Notes under the pieces: generated by a model
What the model was told of the DNA's origin: nothing
The model's database searches: none
Seen by the model: the letters and a program-made list of their open reading frames with translations, nothing else
Translations under genes and position numbers: made by a program
Origin: Adineta vaga
Lineage: Eukaryota; Animalia; Rotifera
Direction: 5' to 3'
NCBI GenBank assembly: GCA_021613535.1
Contig: CP075497.1
Span: 7,192,001 to 7,256,000 of the forward strand
Length of the DNA: 64,000 bases
Shown here: in pieces, positions 25,394 to 39,764 of the stretch
Numbering within the stretch: the first letter of the stretch is position 1
How the letters are laid out: every line of letters starts with the position of its first letter

Positions 25394-25426
25394 CATACAC
25401 ACACACACACGCGCGCGCGCACACAC
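25394..25426. repeat. Compound (CA)n(CG)n(CA)n microsatellite
   Basis: catacacacacacacacgcgcgcgcgcacacac, alternating purine-pyrimidine tract upstream of the nuclear receptor. Confidence 0.8.
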
Positions 25427-25965
25427 CCAAGACAATATCTCGTAATTTAGTATCACGTGGACTTATCGTGATCGTGTTGTGTCTGCTAAATATCAACTGA
25501 CCTTGGAAAAGAAAAGAGAACGAGAGAAAAAAAACTAAAGTTTAGCTAAACGAAGAATTTTCTTCTTTTCAATTCAAAATTTATTAAACGAGTCATTCTT
25601 ATGTCTACATTAGTAGATCAGCATCTTTTTTTCCACACTTTTTTCTCATTCATTCCTCTCATTGTCATTCGTCACACGGTAAAATGAATGGTGAAGGAAA
25701 AAAAACTTATTTTCTTAATCACAACGACGTCGTCTACGAAGAAAAAACAACGCATGTTAGATACTTTTCTCTTTCTTATTTCTAGTAATTATCTTACCTT
25801 TTGATATTTGCTGCCAGTGCTCATGAGATACTGCTCTTTTTCTACATCATACCTGACAGATAACGATAAGAGAAATAAAAAAATACTGACTTAGATTAAA
25901 TTAAATTCAGACTGCTTTTTATAAGCTTCCCAAGTAAAACAAAACATAGATTTATTGCATTTTAG

Positions 25966-27439
25966 ATGAATAACAATGAATTCTGTTTGGTTAAACAAGT
26001 AGATCATTTCGATGTAAATGATTGTTTATATGATCCAAATTTCGATGTATCAACAATGTTAGAAAAGGTTTGTGGAATAGTTTCAGGTCTTATTTAGAAA
26101 TTTGAATCGATTTGTTTTAGTATAGCATTTCAACATGTGAAATAAATCGAAAAGAAAAGAAGCATATAGAAAAGAAAGATTTAGATTGTGTAGTTTGTGG
26201 AGCACGAGCATATGGATATAATTTCGACCAAATAACATGTGAAAGTTGTAAAGGTAGATTGAAATTTGATTTTCTTTTTATTTATTCTTTCGTTTTAGCG
26301 TTTTTCCGACGGAATGCTTTAAAGAATCTCGTAATTAAATTCAATTTCTCTCTTTTTTTTCGATTTCTAAGTACTTTTATCTTTAGAATAATTTTCAATG
26401 TCGATTTGATCGTAATTGTCAAATAACAATTGAAAATCGACGACATTGTACCGATTGTCGAATACGAAAATGTTTTGCTGTCGGTACGTAAATCTGAAAG
26501 ATCAAATACATTTCGAAATTAAATATCCACTGGTATTATTTTAGGTATGAAAAAAGAATGGATACAAAGTGAAGAAGAAAAAACAACTAAAAGAATTCGA
26601 TTAGAAATTAGTCGAAAAATGAAACAAACACAAGTAAAACAAACTTTTTCTCTTCAAATAAAAAGACAAGCGTTTTTCTTTTTAAAAAGATATTTATTCA
26701 TAAACAACCAAGTACTTTCCCTTCGATAGTTTTATTAAATTCAATACATCGTACTCAGCTAAATAATCTCACTCATTGTTATGAACAATATACCGGCGAA
26801 CCAACGATATCGAATTATTCTCCTCCAAAAGAACTTCTCTGTTTGCGTTTATGTGATTTTTATAATCGAAAAAAACCTGTCATTGTAAATTTTGTTAGTT
26901 TTTTTAAACATCTTCCTGAATTTCAACAACTACATATTGATGATCAAGTTTTATTAATCAAACAAAATATTCATTTTCTTCTACCAGTGAACTATGCCCT
27001 ATTAAAAACACCAAATCATTCTCAATTCCGTTATACATATGTTCAAACAATTGATTGTGTTAATAATATAAATCTACATTCACTCTATCAATCTTTATCA
27101 AATAGTTTCGTTTCATTAGTTACAACTGATCCATTGATTATTAAATTATTATGTATTACTTTGTTTTTTACGCCAAATCTACAATATACAAATATTGATA
27201 GGATTGAATATAAACGACTTGAATATATTAAAGAAGTTCAATCAAACTACGTCGAATTATTATGGTTGTATATGTTGGAAAAATTCGGTGAAAAACAAGC
27301 AAGAAATTTATTTGTGAATATGATTATGAAATATCTTAATATTCAAGTAATGATTGACAAAATTAATCAAATTATTCGTTTAAATAATGATATACAATAT
27401 ATTGATGAATTGATGAAATCTATTTTACAATTGACTTGA
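25966..27439 (+). CDS. Nuclear hormone receptor, NR1J (HR96/DAF-12-like)
   Basis: 6 exons; C4 zinc fingers [29 protein letters not shown] (ESCKA P-box) and CRFDRNC...CTDCRIRKCFAVGMKKEW; LBD signature FFKHLPEFQQLHIDDQVLLIK. Confidence 0.9.
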
Positions 27440-28493
27440 GAACGAGAAGTCATGAAAGAAGGTTTTTTTTGTAAAATCTTCTATAGTTTTGTTTTGAAGA
27501 TAAATTTACAAAAAAGAATCTGCTTATTCTTTCTTCGAGAGTGGAAAGAGTACACCAGTCTTTTACGACATAACCAATGAAATAGAAGTATTGTTTTTGA
27601 TCAAAATCATAAGTTAATTTTACTCATGACTCTAACTTGTTATCATTGTCAGGAAGAGAAAAAGAAAGATTAATTAACAGATATTCTGTATTTTTCTTTT
27701 TTAACTATTAAAAATCAATTCCTGATGATTGTACTAATATGATTTTGTTAATCACATATGTAGTGTTAAAACTTGTAGCTATTATTCTTTCTGAAAATAA
27801 AATTGTCATATTTATCTTTGTGTTTTATGCTATGATGATTCGTTGTATTGTTTGTAAGAAGTATTATGTTCTAAGTTATAATTAGAAATATCTTATGGAA
27901 AATTTTTTCTGAGTAATATAAGTAGAAATACATTAATAGATAGCTAATTATCTGAAATTCTCCATTACGTTGCTCAGATTTTATTTACTAATTACCTTTC
28001 TATTCATAATACTCGTTTTTATCTTCTAACTTTGCACATGACTATCAATCACGATTAAATTGAAAGCTGAATGAAAATGCCACTTACCTATAATAATGAA
28101 ATTCTTCATACCATATAAAGAATTCAATCGAATAAATGACTAATAACTTTTTCTCGAATGTAACTACGTCGATGATCATATTTCCATAGTGCTGACCTCG
28201 ATACAATGTGTTCGATTCTCAGAGATATTACTTTGCACTGACTGATTGTATGCAGACTTCATGTACATTTCGCAAGGCAAGAGACAATAAAAAGATAAGT
28301 AGAAGGCTATGTATTGGTTCTATAATATATGGCCTGATTCTTGATATAGATTTTGACAAATTAAATGCGCGATAATCGTCGCACCATATCAATATGTAGG
28401 CGTATTCTTTCTCATATAATCATTATCTATATAAACCATTCTATCGATTTGAATTTTTTACTTATTACTTTTAGTACTGTTTTGATTGATAAA

Positions 28494-29143
28494 ATGCAAA
28501 CCGTTTCGTCTCTTGCTTTTACTCTTATTTCATTAGCTATCATTGCTAATGTTCATGCTGAATATAACAAATTAGATTATAAAGTGTTATCTGCAACTGG
28601 TGTTCAAATTCAAGAGGTCGATGTTGTACCAATGCCAATTCTCAATCCCGGAGAAGGTTTTATCACACTTCGTGCTAATCTCATTCGACCAATTAGTAAG
28701 TTTTGCAAAATTTCGTCAAAAATCGATTCTTATTATTTGTTTTCGTATTAGAAAAAATTCGAACTATCCTTAAAATTGTTCGTAAAGTTAGTGGTATTAC
28801 TCTTCCAGTTAAATGTTATAAAGTCGATGGTGTAGAAGTTGGTTCATGCGATTATGCTGATTTATGTCTTGTACTTCAAACAATGTTACCATCATTTAAA
28901 CCAGAAACTTGTCCTCCAACTGCACTTAACTATGGTGTTGATTGTAATTGTCCATTTAATATTCCTACCGGACAATTAGATATTATCAGAGAAAGAATGG
29001 AATTACCTGATGCTCAAGCAAGTATTGCTAGTTTCATGGCTTCAGGAGATTTTACTATTGAATTGGATACTTATGATTCAACTGGACCTTATGCTAAAAT
29101 TAGCGTTGGTTTTACTGTTAAACCAGTTAAACCATCTGGTTAA
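28494..29143 (+). CDS. GM2 ganglioside activator-like (ML domain) secreted lipid-binding protein
   Basis: 2 exons; signal peptide, PMPILNPG, CYKVDGVEVGSCDYADLC, CPP...GVDCNCPF, FMASGDF. Confidence 0.85.
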
Positions 29144-30421
29144 AATTCAACATAGACATCTTTTCTATTTATTGAAATAAAATTCAAAGACTATCTCGGC
29201 ATTAAATAACACATCGTTTGTTTTTGTTTTATATAGAATTTTGTTGATCAAGATTATTTATTATATGAATTTTATCTACAAACAAACATATTCTATTTCA
29301 TGTGATCAAAATATTTCTATAAGAAAAAACCTATAGGCTTTTAACTCAATATATAGTAGAGTTCAACAAATAGATACGCTTTTGCTGATAAAGTCAATTT
29401 CTTTCGAATGTAGAACAAGTAGTCGATATGTTAATTAAGAATGGAAAGTAACATTGTATTGTGTATTCTTTTTTGTTTACAAAACCATATTATGCATGCT
29501 CGATATCTGTTAATGTCAATTGAACAGTTTCTGTTTGATGAAATAAAGACAATCAAGTGTCAAACGACGCATTCGTTCATAATGAATCATTGATTTCTGT
29601 TCTATAATAGCGAACAATTCATGGCAAGTATAACGAGACGATGATTAAACAATTGATCTGTCTACTGAACAGATCATTTGTTTTTTATGTAAGAAGTCTA
29701 TCGTATATGAAAATTGATGGGATTTATCAAATGTATTGAAATCAAAAGCACTTGTAATGCTACGATTTGATCGAAAAAAGATCATTTGGACAATGATGAT
29801 AATCAATCATCGTGAGAGAAGATATGTGATATGAAACCTATACAAATACAACTCACATCAAATATAATATTTGCTAACTAGGTGTTAACGATAAAGTCTT
29901 TATATTAAAGCACAGATGTTAAATGAAATTGATTTCCGACAAGTTCATAGAAATTGACGAAATGTATATTTGTTATTTCTATTAGGATCGGTATAATTTT
30001 CTTTGGTGTTTTATCATGTAAATGGAATCATTGGATGAACAAAAAATAAGAGAAAGAGAAAGAAAAAATGTAGATAAGTGCAGTCATGTTTTGGTATGTA
30101 CAACTTGACTCATTCTTTTTCTTCTTTAAAGAAGAGACGATTTTTTCATAGTATTATCATCGAACAATTGCAGATGAAAAAGTAAGTTATAAGATAGAAT
30201 ACGACAGATCAAACGCGTAAAGAAATAAATAATTTCTCCTGTAGACAAAACTTCATAGTTTCTTTTTTCTGATTAAATACCTCCTGTCAATATTATCCGT
30301 ATGTTTGTGTCTGTTCATCGATAGATTATCATTCCTGCTGTGTATAATAATCATTTAATCTTATTTGATTTTTCTATTCTTTATTTATGTAGTATAGAAC
30401 TATTGAATAAGTGAAAAGCGC

Positions 30422-30494
30422 GGGGATGTAGCTCACTTGGTAGAGCGCTCGCTTTGCATGCGAGAGGCACCGGGATCGATGCCCGGCATCTCCA
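30422..30494 (+). tRNA. tRNA-Ala, anticodon TGC
   Basis: 73 nt cloverleaf: acceptor GGGGATG/CATCTCC with G3:U70, D stem GCTC/GAGC, anticodon arm CTCGC-TTTGCAT-GCGAG, T arm CCGGG/CCCGG, discriminator A; oligo-T downstream. Confidence 0.97.
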
Positions 30495-31260
30495 TTCACC
30501 ATATATATTTTTTTCTTCTTCTTTTCTGTTCTTTTAATCATATACATATAGGAACGATAACGTCGTTTTTTTTATTATTAAATTTGATCTCATGCTGAAC
30601 AATGGAATCAGATAGAACAAAAGAATGTCAAAATTTGGTGTTCAATTGAATCACCTTGTTTGAAAGATTGATTTTCATATTTTATATATGTCAGTTTTTA
30701 TTTTCAAAAGTTATTTTATGAACCATTATCTGTCTTTGATTTTTTGTAAGTTAATTCAAGCATTTGACATAACCATCGAGAGAGAGAGAGAGAGAAATAC
30801 TTTTATATGATAATGAAGAATGAGTTACGTTATTCATCTTATTAAACAACAACAAAAATAGAATGATTGAATTAAATCTAGTATCGTAAGAATTAACATT
30901 TGACTACCTTGAATAGAGAATCTTATGTAAATCATTCTACTTAGTATCGTGTTGTGTTTTTTAAATCTATCGAAAATGAAACGATGTTCATCAGTCAATA
31001 GAGATGATCGAATGGAATTCTGTCGAATATTATAAACAATCGATACATCACTAAACGTTATTATCTTTTGCTTTTTTTTCTTGGAAAGAATGAGACTGAT
31101 AATGTAGAATAAGATAGACAATACAATGTCTGTCTATTGAGTAATGATGAAGCCAGTCAAACGTAGACTTAAAAACAACGAAATATTTTATTGACAATGT
31201 CTATCATATTCAATTCAAGAAGACATCAATATGATTTTCGATATATTATTTAGATACACG

Positions 31261-32924
31261 ATGTTAACAAGTATTTTGATTATTCTTTGTATGTTTCATC
31301 ATTATCCTTATGCGACTGCAGAAGAAGAATTTGGTTCACGTAAGTATTTTATAGATAGAAGGATTTCATCTCTTTTCTTTCTTATTTCAAGGATTTCAAC
31401 AAGCAATTAAAGATGCAATAACAAAAATTGATAAACTTTCTTCAAGTCCGTATTATCTTTAATTGAATATACACGATATATAATTCTTTTGAATAGATTG
31501 TCCAATGGGAAGTTTTTTTTATAATGGTTCTTGTTATTTTTATTTACCACCAAAACAAATCAATAATATCAAAGGAATACGATTTGATGATGTATCTGTT
31601 ACCGAAGGTAAACAACGAATTGAATATAAAATAATAGTCTATTTTCACATATTAATTTGACTTTTAGCTGCTTCTCATTGTCGTCTATTACGATCTAATC
31701 TATGGGATATTGATACTATTGATGAATTTGCTTTTGTTCTTGATCGAATTTATAATGAAACTCCATCATTAGATAGTCCACGAATAGCTGTGAATTTCAC
31801 TCAAGGTCGACGTTGTAAGTATTAATTGACTATATACGAAAGAATAAATCTTGTTTTTCTAGTATTAAAATTACGACAACGAGCTTCTGATCAACAAAAT
31901 TTATTTCTGAGTAATACAAATGAATATTCCTTAACTTATAAACCATTATATGATCTACCAGCAAAGAATCTTTCTCTAATTATTGATATTAGTAAAGCAA
32001 CAAAACGTATATCATTAGAAGAGAAATTTCGTTTTGAACGACGTAGTGATCATTTTATATGTAAAATGAGTAAGTTCTTATTGCATTTAACGTTAAATTC
32101 AAATTTATTTCTATAGAAATCAATAGTTGTTATAATAATACACGTTGCGGTTCACATGGAACGTGTAAGAATTTAGTAGTGAAATATAAATGTATTTGTA
32201 ATTTCATGTACATTGGTGAACATTGTGAGAAATGTAAGTAAAGATTGATTTTAAAATGATTTAGTAAAATTTTGATGTTTTAAATGAAATGATTAAACAA
32301 TGATCGCTTTGATCTACCATATGTACATGTTTAAAACATTGAAACGAGTGTGATAAATGATGTTTTAGATAGAAGAAGAAAAAGAACAACAACAAAAAAA
32401 AACATTGAGCATCTGTCTTGTTTTATCGTTCTAATCCACAGTTCATGTAGACAAGTATCGTCGAATCAATGAATGTTGGTGGTCATGATTGAAAAACAAG
32501 GAAGAAATCATCTGTGCAATTGAGAGGAATGAATTACTTAGTTGACTAGATGAACTGATTTCGATGTTTGATAAAATGAATGAAACTTCTTCGTTTTTTT
32601 TTTCTTTTCGTTTTGAATAGATTAAATGAGAGGGAGTGCTTAATGGAGATGACAACGAATAACGTCATCCATTATTCAAAAAGGATAATAATGGATTGTC
32701 TATCTTTTCGAAAGTATCATTATTAATGTTGATCTTTTGAAATTGACAAATTGAGAAAAAATGAGTCAGTCATTTTCCTCGTAATTTATCGCTTTTTTGT
32801 TTATTCTAGTGAGTAGTCATGGTGTACAATCAATTATTGGCCTTATTCTCATCTGTTTAGCATGTTTTTTATTAATATTATTTCCAATATTTCATTTATT
32901 ATATCGAATTAAAGATAAGAGAAG
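31261..32924 (+). CDS. Signal peptide + C-type lectin-like + EGF + transmembrane module (3' end unresolved)
   Basis: 7 exons: MLTSILIILCMF signal, CPMGSFFYNGSCYFY, AASHC, HFICK (CTLD-like), EGF CYNNTRCGSHGTC...YKCICNFMYIGEHCE, TM IIGLILICLACFLLILFPIF, then a phase-2 donor at 32925. Confidence 0.75.
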
Positions 32925-33716
32925 GTAAGTTGAAGAGAAAAAAAGGAAGATTTCTTTTTAATGAGAGAGAAAATTTCATTTAATAGATCTTTATTGTTTC
33001 TTTGTTCTCTCAGTAATTGTCTGTCTCATCTATTTGTAAATATCAATTTTATACATTTTATTTCTTTGATGATGAAGATATCTATTTTGTCAAATTAAAT
33101 CTTACTATAGTACAGTTGATTATATAAAAATAAACTTAAAGAGGATATATTCATGCTTGCTCAGTTCAATCATAATGGATTACATTACAGTGTCCCCAAT
33201 TAGAAGAGTAGGGCGTCGAGACATATTGAAGGTAGATGATATCATTATTTTCGAATTTATAACACCCGCTCATATACACATACACATGCAAGACGATGAC
33301 AAACTGCAATGAAACAGAAATTGCTTGCATCATTTTCTTTTTCTCGACTATCTGTTGATCAAGATTCGATGCGAAAAGATGCATACATATATATATATAT
33401 ATATATGATTGAGTATAGATGTATACGAGTCGTATATTATACAACTATTTTCATTCGAATACGGACGCGACTCGCCGATGATAAATGCGATCACGCACAT
33501 CGATGAGTGTACCGAATGCTCATATGTATATATCTTTCATGAGCATCTGTTGAAAGAAAAATTTCGAAAATCTTATGTAACTTTTCATGCATTTTATTTT
33601 TTTGTTTCTCCATTCGTATTGAACGAAGAAGAGAAGAGAAGAGAGAAAAAAACGGACAACGTCACTGTCAATTGACACGAAGCGTAAAGTTTGAATTCAT
33701 TCATTTCCTTTTTTAG

Positions 33717-36372
33717 AAATTCGATGGAGACAAGAAATTCTTCTCGTCTTTCACGAGAGAATTTCTATTCAATTCCAAATTTATCATCTGATCAATTACT
33801 TCATCAAGATGATTTAATAACATCATCTCCACATATTATCGTTGATCTTCGTCGTTCATCAATTCATTCTTCCGTCTCTTCATCATCAGTAATCTTTTTT
33901 CGTCATAATTATTGTTATTATCTTAATCGTTTATTCATTTGTTTCTTAACAATTCTTTTTGCAACATTCTGTTGTTATACAATTTATGAATTGAAAATAG
34001 AAAATTTAAAAACAACAAATTTAACTGATTCGAAATCGCCGAAATTATGTCAATTATTTCAATTAAATTTCAATTTATATTATAAAATTCCTGTGAATTA
34101 TATTTCATTAAGTATTCTTTGTCTTTTAATTCTAATTTTAATTCTTTTCGAAAATTTCACTAAGAAAAAATTCAAATCATTTTGTTCACAATTCTCTTTT
34201 CCAATGATCTTCAATTCGCATTCACATATCTATCGTTTTGAATCAGCAGCTGTGTTCGGTATAATTGCATTAGAAATTCTTCATATATTCGATGAATTTA
34301 TCATTAATGGAACAAAACATTTTCAAAATGGTCCATTAATTGATTTAGTTTTACAATTTGGTATTGGATTAATGTTAGGTTTAAGATATTTTCCAATCTT
34401 AGCCATATTTGAACAAGAAAATAATTATGAAAATCGTCTAGCAAATATTATTTGTTATGGTTTAGCAACGATTTATTTATATTTAGAAATTATATTTAAA
34501 TTACAGTCCGATATTAATTGTAATATCGATGAAAATAAAAGATCAATGATTAAAGAAATTTCCGAGAAATTCAATCGAATGGGTATTAATATCAAAGAAT
34601 ATTTAATTGAACAATTAGGTAAGATAATTTTGTAGAAATATATACAATTTAATCGTCGAAGATTTCCATTTCTTCAGGTACAAATCGAACAGGACAATTG
34701 AATGTAACTTATGAAAATACTCAATCATGGTTTAATGAACAAATAAAAGAACATTTAAGTAATTCAACTTATGATGATCAAACTGAAATGGAGAATGATT
34801 TAACTCGTTTAAATTATTCATTAGAATTAAATAAACAAAGTATCTTTTATAATACATTAAGATATGCTCCTTATTATTATTTTATTGTCTTTTTGGCTGT
34901 TCGATTAACTTTAATGTTCTTGAATACATTTCGAAATACTATTCAACATAAAACTAATTTAAATCAATCATCACCACGTTGGAAATATGTGAAATATAAT
35001 TTATTGAAATCAACAAAATATGAAATTTCTACGAATGAATATTCACGTTTATTTCGTTTTCTTAATTATTTAATCATTTTTTTCAAACAAAATATTTATT
35101 CTATTCGTCCATATTTTCGTTATTCAAAACTCATCATTTGTATTTATACAAGTGCATTAACATTGATTTATTATTTTACATTTTGGATTCAAGATCATAC
35201 TTATGTTTTAACAAAGAAATTATTATTATTTCTCAATTTAATTCTTTGTGCACTAGCTGATCTATCCAAAGATTTATGTTATAATTTAAATCTCAATCAT
35301 ATTAATCGGGATATTAAATATATTTGTTTTCTAACAGCATTTATAACATCTATACAATTATTTTTTGGTTTAAAACATTACCAAACACAAATGTGTCATG
35401 CCTATCGTGGAATTTTTAAGGATATTCCTAAAGCAAAACAATTTTCTTCAATAACAATTGTTAGTAAATCGATGCATTATCCAGGACGTTTTATGGGTAT
35501 GTAAAAATAAAAGAAAGAAAGAATAGTTAGTTTTCATCGAGCATAATTAATCAACGATAGAAAACAGAAAAAAGGTTAAAAGAATCACATAGTTTGGATT
35601 GATTTACTCGATGAGCTTCGAAATAAGTATTTTTTTTAATTGAATTCGTTTTCTTTTAGGTTCGTTAGTTTACAGTTATGGTTTTCTGTTTTTATTTGTT
35701 TCAATTTTCTATATTTTATCACGTTATATTCTTTATTCTTTGATTGTTTTGGAATTTATTGCGAAATTATTTCTTCCTATGATCATATTTTTATTATTTC
35801 AATTATTATTTGTTCGTTTACTATGCAAATTATTGTTCGTAGAAAAAACTCATTTTCTTGCCTTGCGAAATCTTCGTTTGTATTATACATTTTCCTATTT
35901 TAGTTTCTTTTTCGATTGTTTCTTGGGTTTTCTTATGTGTTTAACACGTATAATCAAAGCTTTTCTATGTTCATTAATATTTTTTGGCCGATTGGATTAT
36001 TCACCATACGGTCGAGGATTAGAAATGTTTGATTCATCCTACGCATCGTATGTGAGTTTTTTTCATATAGAAAAAAATCAACGACATCCTGTTTTGAATG
36101 TTTTTATTGATATTATTCGAGAACGTTTAATTGATATACGTAAATTAAAATATAAATTAACAATGGAAAAAATTCCTCGAACATATGAACAGAATAAATT
36201 CTCACAAATTCAACGTTTTCGTTGGGCATTAGCTTATACATTAATTCGCAATGAACAATTGAAGCGTTATCGTAAACATCGATTATCTTCCAACAAAATT
36301 GCTCAATCAAAAACTTTAGAACGAATATTTGATAAAATTGGTTTAACACAAACATTAACAAGAAAATATTAG
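33717..36372 (+). CDS. STRA6-like (retinol-binding-protein receptor family) multipass membrane protein
   Basis: 3 exons; FESAAVFG, FRYSKLIIC, HYPGRF, LRNLRLYYTF...GRLDYS...FHIE...HPV and RFRWALAYTLIRNEQLKRYRK, matching the STRA6 C-terminal calmodulin-binding region. First internal ATG at 33724. Confidence 0.88.
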
Positions 36373-39300
36373 ACTTTTGTTTTTTTTCTCTTTCTTACCG
36401 GTGAATATATTGTATTGTTTACTTATTTAGAACTGTATTATACAAAATAAACAACCATCATTTGTCTTATGTAACTCTTTTGATATTACATCAGAATGAC
36501 TTTTCAATCCTTGACAAAACTATATCATGATGAATTGTTCACCTTGTCCTAGACAATGACTTATTCATTCTTGTATATATATACCCTTTGGTTATTCCTA
36601 ATGTTGGTCAATAAGGACATCTTTTTGTTTCAATTTGTCGTTTTGCATGATTGATTTTATTTGAGCATAGGAGTTCATCGTATAGTTCGTTATTCATATG
36701 ATGCAATTGATCTAACATAAAAAAAGACAAAAAATGTACATCATTGGATTTAATACGAAGATACTTGGTGAGAAGGAGACTCAATATTTACAGACTAAAT
36801 AACATGATGTTGAGACTAAAGTAGTTTTGTTAATAGAACAAATATTATTATCCAAGGCCGAGAGATTGTTCGTATGAATGACGTCATCATGATCGGAAAT
36901 TCTAACAAAATGTTCATTTGATTTGAATTTTGTAAATACGTTCTTTCTATCGATGAATGAATTCTAATTGTTAATAATTTTGAGTTTTCTTTTCTTTTTT
37001 TTTTATAATTAAATCAACGACCATTTGATACAATGAATGATAATGATGTAAATATTCATATGAAAGTCTTTTGAATGTGTTCTTTTATGATTAACTCTAG
37101 ACTATGGAGAAGGAAAAAAGTGCTTTTATGAAATCTCAATGGAATTTAAATATGAATCACGAGATAATTGTCTTTTATTGAGAAGAAAAGCCTTTCTGAA
37201 ACATAACATAACAAGAAGGAAATGTTTATTTTATAAGTTGAAAAGATTTGATTTAGCTTTTTCATCAATCGAATGGAAGAGTTAAGTAGATAAGTATATG
37301 ACAAATACAAAATATATAGATCATCCTACTCAAGTTCATAGCGTTTGTCTTTGAAAAAAAAAGAAATGAATTTTTAATATATACTATTACGTTTTTACTT
37401 GGCATTGACACCAACGTGCGAAAGATGAATGAATATAGAATTGAATTGCCTCGATTTCTTTTATTAAATATTCTTCGAGACAAATCATAACTAGTACAAC
37501 GTATATTTATCTCGAAAAATGAATTGATCAAGTTTTCAATGAAGTAAACGACGAGAGTTTTTTTTTCTTCTCTTCTTCTCTTCTTCATCGTATGGATATG
37601 AATGAAAAAGAATATTGTTAATCAATTCTTAATTTTATTCTTTTCTTCAAAAAAGCAAAAGAAATTTCTTGATCTACATACAAAAATTTTTATATAAATA
37701 TTCAACAGATCACAATGAAAAAAGGTCGTAGTTCTTCACACGATTCAATTAAATATATATATATGACCTGTTAATGAATAGAAACATTTATTTACTGCTT
37801 TTATTTCTAAAAATAGAAAACCTATTCACCTGTTCTTGTGTTGATGTTTTCAATACAATATTCGAATTTCGTTCATTGGTGCGTTTCTATGTATTGAAAT
37901 CATCAAGTAACTATTAGGTTAAATGAAAATAGTGAAATCGCTTTTTCTTTTTTCGCTTGTTTTTTCTTTTTCTATAAATTGACACATCACTTATTTGTGC
38001 AAATAACGACACAAGTGAATGGGTTCATGGATTTTTTTGTCAATACTGTCAGAAATTCTTTTAAATCAATATAATGTTGAATACATGTGAAATATCGTTT
38101 CTAGGTTATTATAAATAGACATATGTCTATCACGTTTTTTATTTGAGATTTAGTCAAATCTTTTTCTTCATGTTATTTTCTTTTTCATTAGGATCGACTT
38201 CATCTAACTTTCTTCGACTAATTTTATACTAGTTAATCGTTATTCAACAAGATTTCGAATTAATTGAGGAACATAAATTTGCCATTTTGTCTTTTGTCAT
38301 TATTTATCGTGATAAGATGAGAGGAAAATCTTTTCTTCATTGTTTATATAAGTCTTCTGCCTTTCTTTTGTCTTATGATTACATATAGGCACTGATTAAT
38401 TTCAAGTCCACTTCTCAAGATAAGAACAGATACCAATTAAATCATCGAAAGACATCGACAAACTGAAAGTGACAATAGCAACATAGTGGCAATCGAGTTA
38501 AGAAGAGCGTTTATTTGTGTTACGGTTAATCAGGATGAATTGCTATGCAGTTGCATACTAACATCCAACACACACACACAGAGGAGAAAAAAAAGAAGTG
38601 CTTGATGAAAGAAGAAAATCAGAAGAGGGAGAGAGCGAGAGAGACAGAGCTCACCATTTGCCATCAGCGTATAAAAAGAGTCATGGAAGATGAAGAAAAA
38701 AGAGAAAGTCTATGACGACTGCTTTTTTTGAAAAAAAAATAATAGAAGAAAGCAGGACGAAGAAAAACGTTTTTTTTATTTTGTTGCCTTCTTATACTGT
38801 CAACAACACAAACGTGTTCAATTTATCGGAGTATGTAACACTTCATTTATTCGTTCTCTATCTGTCTTTTTTGATCATTTTCTTTTCTCTTCATAAAAAT
38901 AAGTAGAATGAGATACTATTAATAGCTAGATAGTATGGTCTTTATTTCAAACAGACATACAATCAAATATGCTAGTTCAATAAAGGTTTCACTCATGCTT
39001 ACTTATTGAAAAAGAATGCATATTCGGACATTTTCTTTCTTTTTTTTGTTCTCTCTCTGTTTCTGTCTCTCGCATTTTCATATATAATTCATTCAAACAT
39101 TACTCTTCTATTTATTCATCAGGTGACAAGCTTACAACACACGAAGGAAATCGAAATGGAATAGGATTAAATGTAGAACTATCGTATGTTCGTTTGCTCG
39201 TATATGCACATGCATAAACATGACTAGTGAATCGATACCACTATAACGACAATATGTAATCGATCAAAGGGCAAACATATCAGGAAGGAAGAGAAGACCT

Positions 39301-39764
39301 CGCTAACGTAAAAGAAGATTATTACTCGACTGCAGATAATATATTAATGGGTGATGTGGCATCTTATTCCATGCTTTTGGGATGAATAGTAACATGACAG
39401 AATAAAACAAGAGAGATCGAAGATGAATATACTATACAGACAGACGACAGTAAAAACAACAGCAAGACATCATAGTCTTTTCTTGAGTATATGGTAGAGA
39501 AGAATATCCATGTCATTTTCTTTTTCTCTTCAATAAATAGCATAGAGATAGGGTAATTAAGAAAGCTTTCTTTCCTTTCCTTTTGTTTCCTTAAAGATGG
39601 ATTGTCAAATATATCGAAGCAATCAATGAATAGAAGTCTACTATCTTTTCTTCTATGACCTCATTTTTGACAGATCGCTGTCAATGAATTCACGAATAAT
39701 CTGTCTTTTCCTTTATTCTAGACACATTTACATAGATTAAATAAATCAAAATAAAAGTACAAAA

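Noticed and set aside
26634-26729. Apparent GC donor or frameshift in the nuclear receptor hinge
   Set aside because: A canonical GT-AG intron at 26634-26689 restores the frame.
36400-39720. Long gene-free interval before PKA
   Set aside because: Low-complexity AT-rich sequence with simple repeats, probably promoter and 5' UTR introns; no supported ORF or RNA structure.
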